Below, one piece after another: positions 61,314 through 64,000 of a stretch of 64,000 bases of DNA. The position numbers were made by a program, and so were the translations under genes. Source of the DNA: Faecousia sp. (GTDB lineage: Bacteria > Bacillota > Clostridia > Oscillospirales > Oscillospiraceae). The notes beneath the pieces are model-generated. The model was not told the origin of the DNA, ran no database searches, and was given only the letters and a program-made list of their open reading frames with translations. Where the stretch lies: assembly GCA_045537165.1 (NCBI GenBank), contig JAZSPA010000027.1:67-64066 (forward strand), written 5' to 3'. Position 1 is the stretch's first letter; each line of letters begins with the position of its first letter.

Positions 61314-61358
61314 GCCGACGTTCAAAATGGAACCGATCTAAAAACTTGATTGTATTTA

Positions 61359-61820
61359 TTATTCAGCATCCAAACTGGCAAAAAACTGCTTGTTTCCCAT
61401 AACATAATTTCTTATTGCAACAAAATAATATATAGAACCAACTACACCTATCACGCCACCGATAAGCAAATTATAGACAAGGGTGATCACAGGGCCTGCC
61501 AATGGCTCAAACTTGGCAACAATACCGGTAGGATGATCCGTCAGGGTCTTGCTGTAATTTCGATCCTGAACAGAAGAAATTATATTCAAGACTCCAACTA
61601 TCAGCAAAAACCAGTTAAGGAAAACTCCACCTATTACCTGCAGAATACCAATTATCAACCAAATAACGCTGTTTGTGTTTAGTCGCTGCGCCAAGGTATT
61701 GATCTTCCCCGCCCTATCATTAGACGAGTAAAACGGCCGTTGGCCAACTGCACATCCACAGTTAATGCACAGCACCGCTTCATCAACGAGCTCTTTGCCA
61801 CATTTTTGACAATATTTCAT
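61359..61820 (-). CDS. Zinc-ribbon membrane protein
   Basis: MKYCQKCGKELVDEAVLCINCGC followed by TM segments. Confidence 0.8.
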   Translation of the reverse strand: MKYCQKCGKELVDEAVLCINCGCAVGQRPFYSSNDRAGKINTLAQRLNTNSVIWLIIGILQVIGGVFLNWFLLIVGVLNIISSVQDRNYSKTLTDHPTGIVAKFEPLAGPVITLVYNLLIGGVIGVVGSIYYFVAIRNYVMGNKQFFASLDAE

Positions 61821-61842
61821 AATTTGTCTCTCCCTCTTATTC

Positions 61843-62205
61843 TCAAATCATTAGCGAAATAACCAGAATAATATAAAAGACTAATACAAGGGAAGAAAGG
61901 ACTGTTGATATAATCCCGCAAACGTAACCCACTTTTGCCGAGGAACACATTTTCCCCTCTGTATCTTCTTTACTGATGTTTGCTAAAACAATAGCAGTTA
62001 TTCCCAAAGCAAGCCAACCGAAGAAAAAACTAACAATTCCACAAATCTTTGCCCAAACTGCAAGCTGTGGCTCACGATCTTCAACGATTACTTTTGTTGT
62101 AGGTACAGCGTTATATGCATTCGGTTGCCCCGTTACGCATCCACAGTTTAAGCATATTACAGCCTCATCCACTATTTCCTTTCCGCAATGCGTACAGTAT
62201 TTCAT
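61843..62205 (-). CDS. Zinc-ribbon membrane protein (DUF4190-like TM)
   Basis: MKYCTHCGKEIVDEAVICLNCGC followed by CGIVS...AIVLA...AKVGYVCGII. Confidence 0.8.
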   Translation of the reverse strand: MKYCTHCGKEIVDEAVICLNCGCVTGQPNAYNAVPTTKVIVEDREPQLAVWAKICGIVSFFFGWLALGITAIVLANISKEDTEGKMCSSAKVGYVCGIISTVLSSLVLVFYIILVISLMI

Positions 62206-62206
62206 A

Positions 62207-62527
62207 TTAAACGCCACCAAACAGGCTCAGCAGGCAAATACCCCACCAACACAAACCAATAATGCCACACACAAAACCAGTCTTTGCCTGCTTGCACATC
62301 ACACCGGCAGTCTCTGCCTTGCTCTGATTCGCAAGGATAATTGCAGGAATTCCAAAGGGCGCAAGCAAGAGAATGCTCAGAATGCCAAAAACGGATGCTG
62401 TTTTTGCTTTCTTTGGCGTTTCCACAGTTTTAATTGTGCTCTGTTCTTTTTCGGTTGCACAGCCGCAGCCGGTACAAATCACAGCATCATCCACCAATTC
62501 TTTTCCGCACTTTGCACAGTATTTCAT
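62207..62527 (-). CDS. Zinc-ribbon membrane protein (DUF4190-like TM)
   Basis: MKYCAKCGKELVDDAVICTGCGC followed by FGILS...AIILA...AKTGFVCGII. Confidence 0.8.
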   Translation of the reverse strand: MKYCAKCGKELVDDAVICTGCGCATEKEQSTIKTVETPKKAKTASVFGILSILLLAPFGIPAIILANQSKAETAGVMCKQAKTGFVCGIIGLCWWGICLLSLFGGV

Positions 62528-62602
62528 AATCGTTTTCCTCCATATAACGAATTTTGTTCTTAGATATCAGAAAAATTTTGCATATTCGACATCTATAAGC
62601 AA

Positions 62603-62654
62603 ATAATATGACATCTTGTCATAATTGTCAAGTGAAAATATGACAAAATGTCAT
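62603..62654. promoter_or_regulatory. Leftward promoter with two ATGACA-N3-TGTCAT operators
   Basis: Palindromes at 62608-62622 and 62640-62654; minus-strand TTGACA (62631-62626)-17 nt-TATTAT brackets the first. Confidence 0.65.
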
Positions 62655-62666
62655 TGGGTGATATTT

Positions 62667-62879
62667 ATGAAAACCAATCTCAAAAAGCTGCGGAAAGAGC
62701 GGAAGCTAACGCAGATCGCGCTACAAATGCAGACCGGAGTAGAGCAAGCACTGCTTTCAAAATTTGAAAACGAAGAGCGTACACCCCCAACAGAGACTCT
62801 TATGATTTTAGCCGACTTCTATAATGTCAGCATCGACTATATCCTCTGCAGAACAGATAACCCTCGTATAAATCAGTAA
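62667..62879 (+). CDS. XRE-family HTH regulator
   Basis: LKKLRKERKLTQ...LSKFENEERTP...LADFYNVSIDYIL. Confidence 0.88.
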   Translation: MKTNLKKLRKERKLTQIALQMQTGVEQALLSKFENEERTPPTETLMILADFYNVSIDYILCRTDNPRINQ

Positions 62880-62892
62880 CTGTGTATCTAAA

Positions 62893-63159
62893 CTGTTGGA
62901 CTTAAGGGGCGACCTGCAGATTAACAGTACGTCTTACTGTTGCGGTATGAAATCAATGCAAAGCATTGTATATCGTCAATTCCGCAGGAATTGCATATCA
63001 TCAAAGCGAAGTTTTGCATATCATCAAGCCGCAGTTAATACAGCCTTCGGCTGATGATATGCGCCTACGGCGATGATATACACGCTAATGCGTGATGATA
63101 TGCCAAGCTTTGCGGCTTGGATAAAAAAAGAACGAAGCAAATGCTTCGTTCTTTTTTGG
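62893..63159. repeat. Degenerate tRNA-Asn 3' half plus hairpin-array repeat, copy 2
   Basis: CTGTTGGACTT...CGACCTGCAGATTAACAGTACGTC resembles tRNA 63317-63358; followed by the repeat. Confidence 0.85.
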
Positions 63160-63252
63160 CTCCCCCTGTTGGACTTGCTTTTCTGCGGAAAAGCCACGGC
63201 GGTTGCAAGTGTCCACCGGACACTTGCCAAGAGCCGCCTTTCAAGTCCAACA
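63157..63252 (-). repeat. tRNA-Asn 3'-end duplicate fused to a multi-hairpin element
   Basis: 63157-63177 is identical to 63308-63328; TGTTGGACTTG/CAAGTCCAACA closes nested hairpins. Confidence 0.8.
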
Positions 63253-63274
63253 AAATTGGGATCAAATGGCCAAG

Positions 63275-63305
63275 AAAAAACCACACCCAAAAGGTGTGGT
63301 TTTTT
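63275..63305 (-). terminator. Terminator after tRNA-Asn
   Basis: AAAAAACCACACC-5 nt-GGTGTGGTTTTTT. Confidence 0.75.
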
Positions 63306-63307
63306 CT

Positions 63308-63383
63308 TGGCTCCCCCTGTTGGACTTGAACCAACGACCTGCGGATTAACAGTCCGTCGCTCTACCGACTGAGCTAAGGGGGA
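63308..63383 (-). tRNA. tRNA-Asn(GTT)
   Basis: TCCCCCTTAGCTCAGTCGGTAGAGCGACGGACTGTTAATCCGCAGGTCGTTGGTTCAAGTCCAACAGGGGGAGCCA. Confidence 0.95.
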
Positions 63384-63391
63384 ATATTGGT

Positions 63392-63507
63392 GTTCGCGTT
63401 ACTTATTTTCCCGGCCAGTCGCCCGGCAAGTATCGTCAGCGTACATGAGCTTAACTTCTGTGTTCGGGATGGGAACAGGTGGACCCTCATGACAATCAAC
63501 ACGAACT
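63392..63507 (-). rRNA. rrf: 5S rRNA (copy 1)
   Basis: CACCTGTTCCCATCCCGAACACAGAAGTTAAGC core; terminal helix GTTCG/CGAAC. Confidence 0.93.
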
Positions 63508-63570
63508 CACTATGGGTGGCTTTTAACCACCTTTTATATCAAAAGCCATCAGGCTTTTAATAGCATTAGG

Positions 63571-63599
63571 ATTATAGCACTCTCGGCCTTACTTGTCAA
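63571..63599 (-). promoter_or_regulatory. Consensus sigma-A promoter for the 5S-tRNA-Asn unit
   Basis: TTGACA-17 nt-TATAAT with TG extension. Confidence 0.85.
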
Positions 63600-63623
63600 C
63601 ATCTGTTTTTCAAGAAAGAGGAA

Positions 63624-63698
63624 TGGTGACCCATACCGGATTCGAACCGATGTTAACGGCGTGAGAGGCCGCTGTCTTAACCACTTGACCAATGGGCC
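63624..63698 (-). tRNA. tRNA-Glu(CTC)
   Basis: GGCCCATTGGTCAAGTGGTTAAGACAGCGGCCTCTCACGCCGTTAACATCGGTTCGAATCCGGTATGGGTCACCA. Confidence 0.93.
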
Positions 63699-63700
63699 TT

Positions 63701-63776
63701 TGGTGCACCTTCACGGACTCGAACCGGGGACCCACTGATTAAGAGTCAGTTGCTCTACCAACTGAGCTAAAGAGGA
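63701..63776 (-). tRNA. tRNA-Lys(CTT) with mispaired acceptor stem
   Basis: TAGCTCAGTTGGTAGAGCAACTGACTCTTAATCAG...GGTTCGAGTCC...GGTGCACCA; 5' TCCTCTT versus 3' AAGGTGC. Confidence 0.8.
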
Positions 63777-63784
63777 ATATGAGT

Positions 63785-63900
63785 GTTGGCATTACCTATC
63801 TTCCCGGGCAGTCGCCCGCCAAGTATTGTCGGCGCAAATGAGCTTAACTTCTGTGTTCGGGATGGGAACAGGTGGACCCTCACTGCAATCAATACCAACT
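63785..63900 (-). rRNA. rrf: 5S rRNA (copy 2)
   Basis: Same conserved core; terminal helix GTTGG/CCAAC. Confidence 0.93.
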
Positions 63901-63962
63901 CAGTATGGGTGGCTTTTAACCACCTTTTATATCAAAAGCCTTGCGGCTTGTGATGTAACTGG

Positions 63963-63991
63963 ATTATAGCACTTCGTATTCAACTTGTCAA
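63963..63991 (-). promoter_or_regulatory. Consensus sigma-A promoter for the 5S-Lys-Glu unit
   Basis: TTGACA-17 nt-TATAAT with TG extension. Confidence 0.85.
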
Positions 63992-64000
63992 TAATAATTT

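Noticed and set aside
61053-63160. Possible CRISPR array
   Set aside because: Linkers are only about 8-10 nt, the variable parts are short palindromes, and no cas genes are present
61082-63372. ORFs overlapping the repeats and tRNA-Asn (61082-61402, 63024-63290, 63073-63372 and others)
   Set aside because: Translations of non-coding repeat or tRNA sequence
1-64000. Prophage, IS or integrase
   Set aside because: No structural phage genes, transposase or recombinase motifs were recognised in any frame

Overview
Chromosomal window of a spore-forming, Oscillospiraceae-like Clostridia (inferred from the SASP, spoIIP and glgCDA genes and a CIRCE element). Most of it is housekeeping: an FMN riboswitch with ribU, glycogen genes, CIRCE-htpG, an ABC-F protein, frameshifted argS, ftsH, rlmB, sua5, coaE, rodA/ftsW, a self-contained GlcNAc PTS/nagA cluster, queH, tadA, a split transketolase, and an end cluster of tRNA-Asn/Glu/Lys with two divergent 5S rRNA genes that have their own promoters. 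Four AT-richer accessory islets sit at convergent gene junctions, and no integrase or transposase is seen in the window. Each islet is bounded by a duplicated terminator, gene 3' end or tRNA 3' end (10.3-11.1, 17.4-18.75, 45.5-51.2 and 60.3-63.3 kb). The strongest candidate for an undescribed system is the 45.5-51.0 kb operon: a membrane-anchored Zn-finger/TPR/TIR protein, a multi-zinc-ribbon SPFH protein and a 4-TM protein, with a divergent XRE regulator. Also notable are a cassette-like array at tRNA-Asn, heptamer-flanked twin-hairpin repeats and an unrecognised structured 5' leader. All family calls come from motifs recognised by eye; no searches were run.
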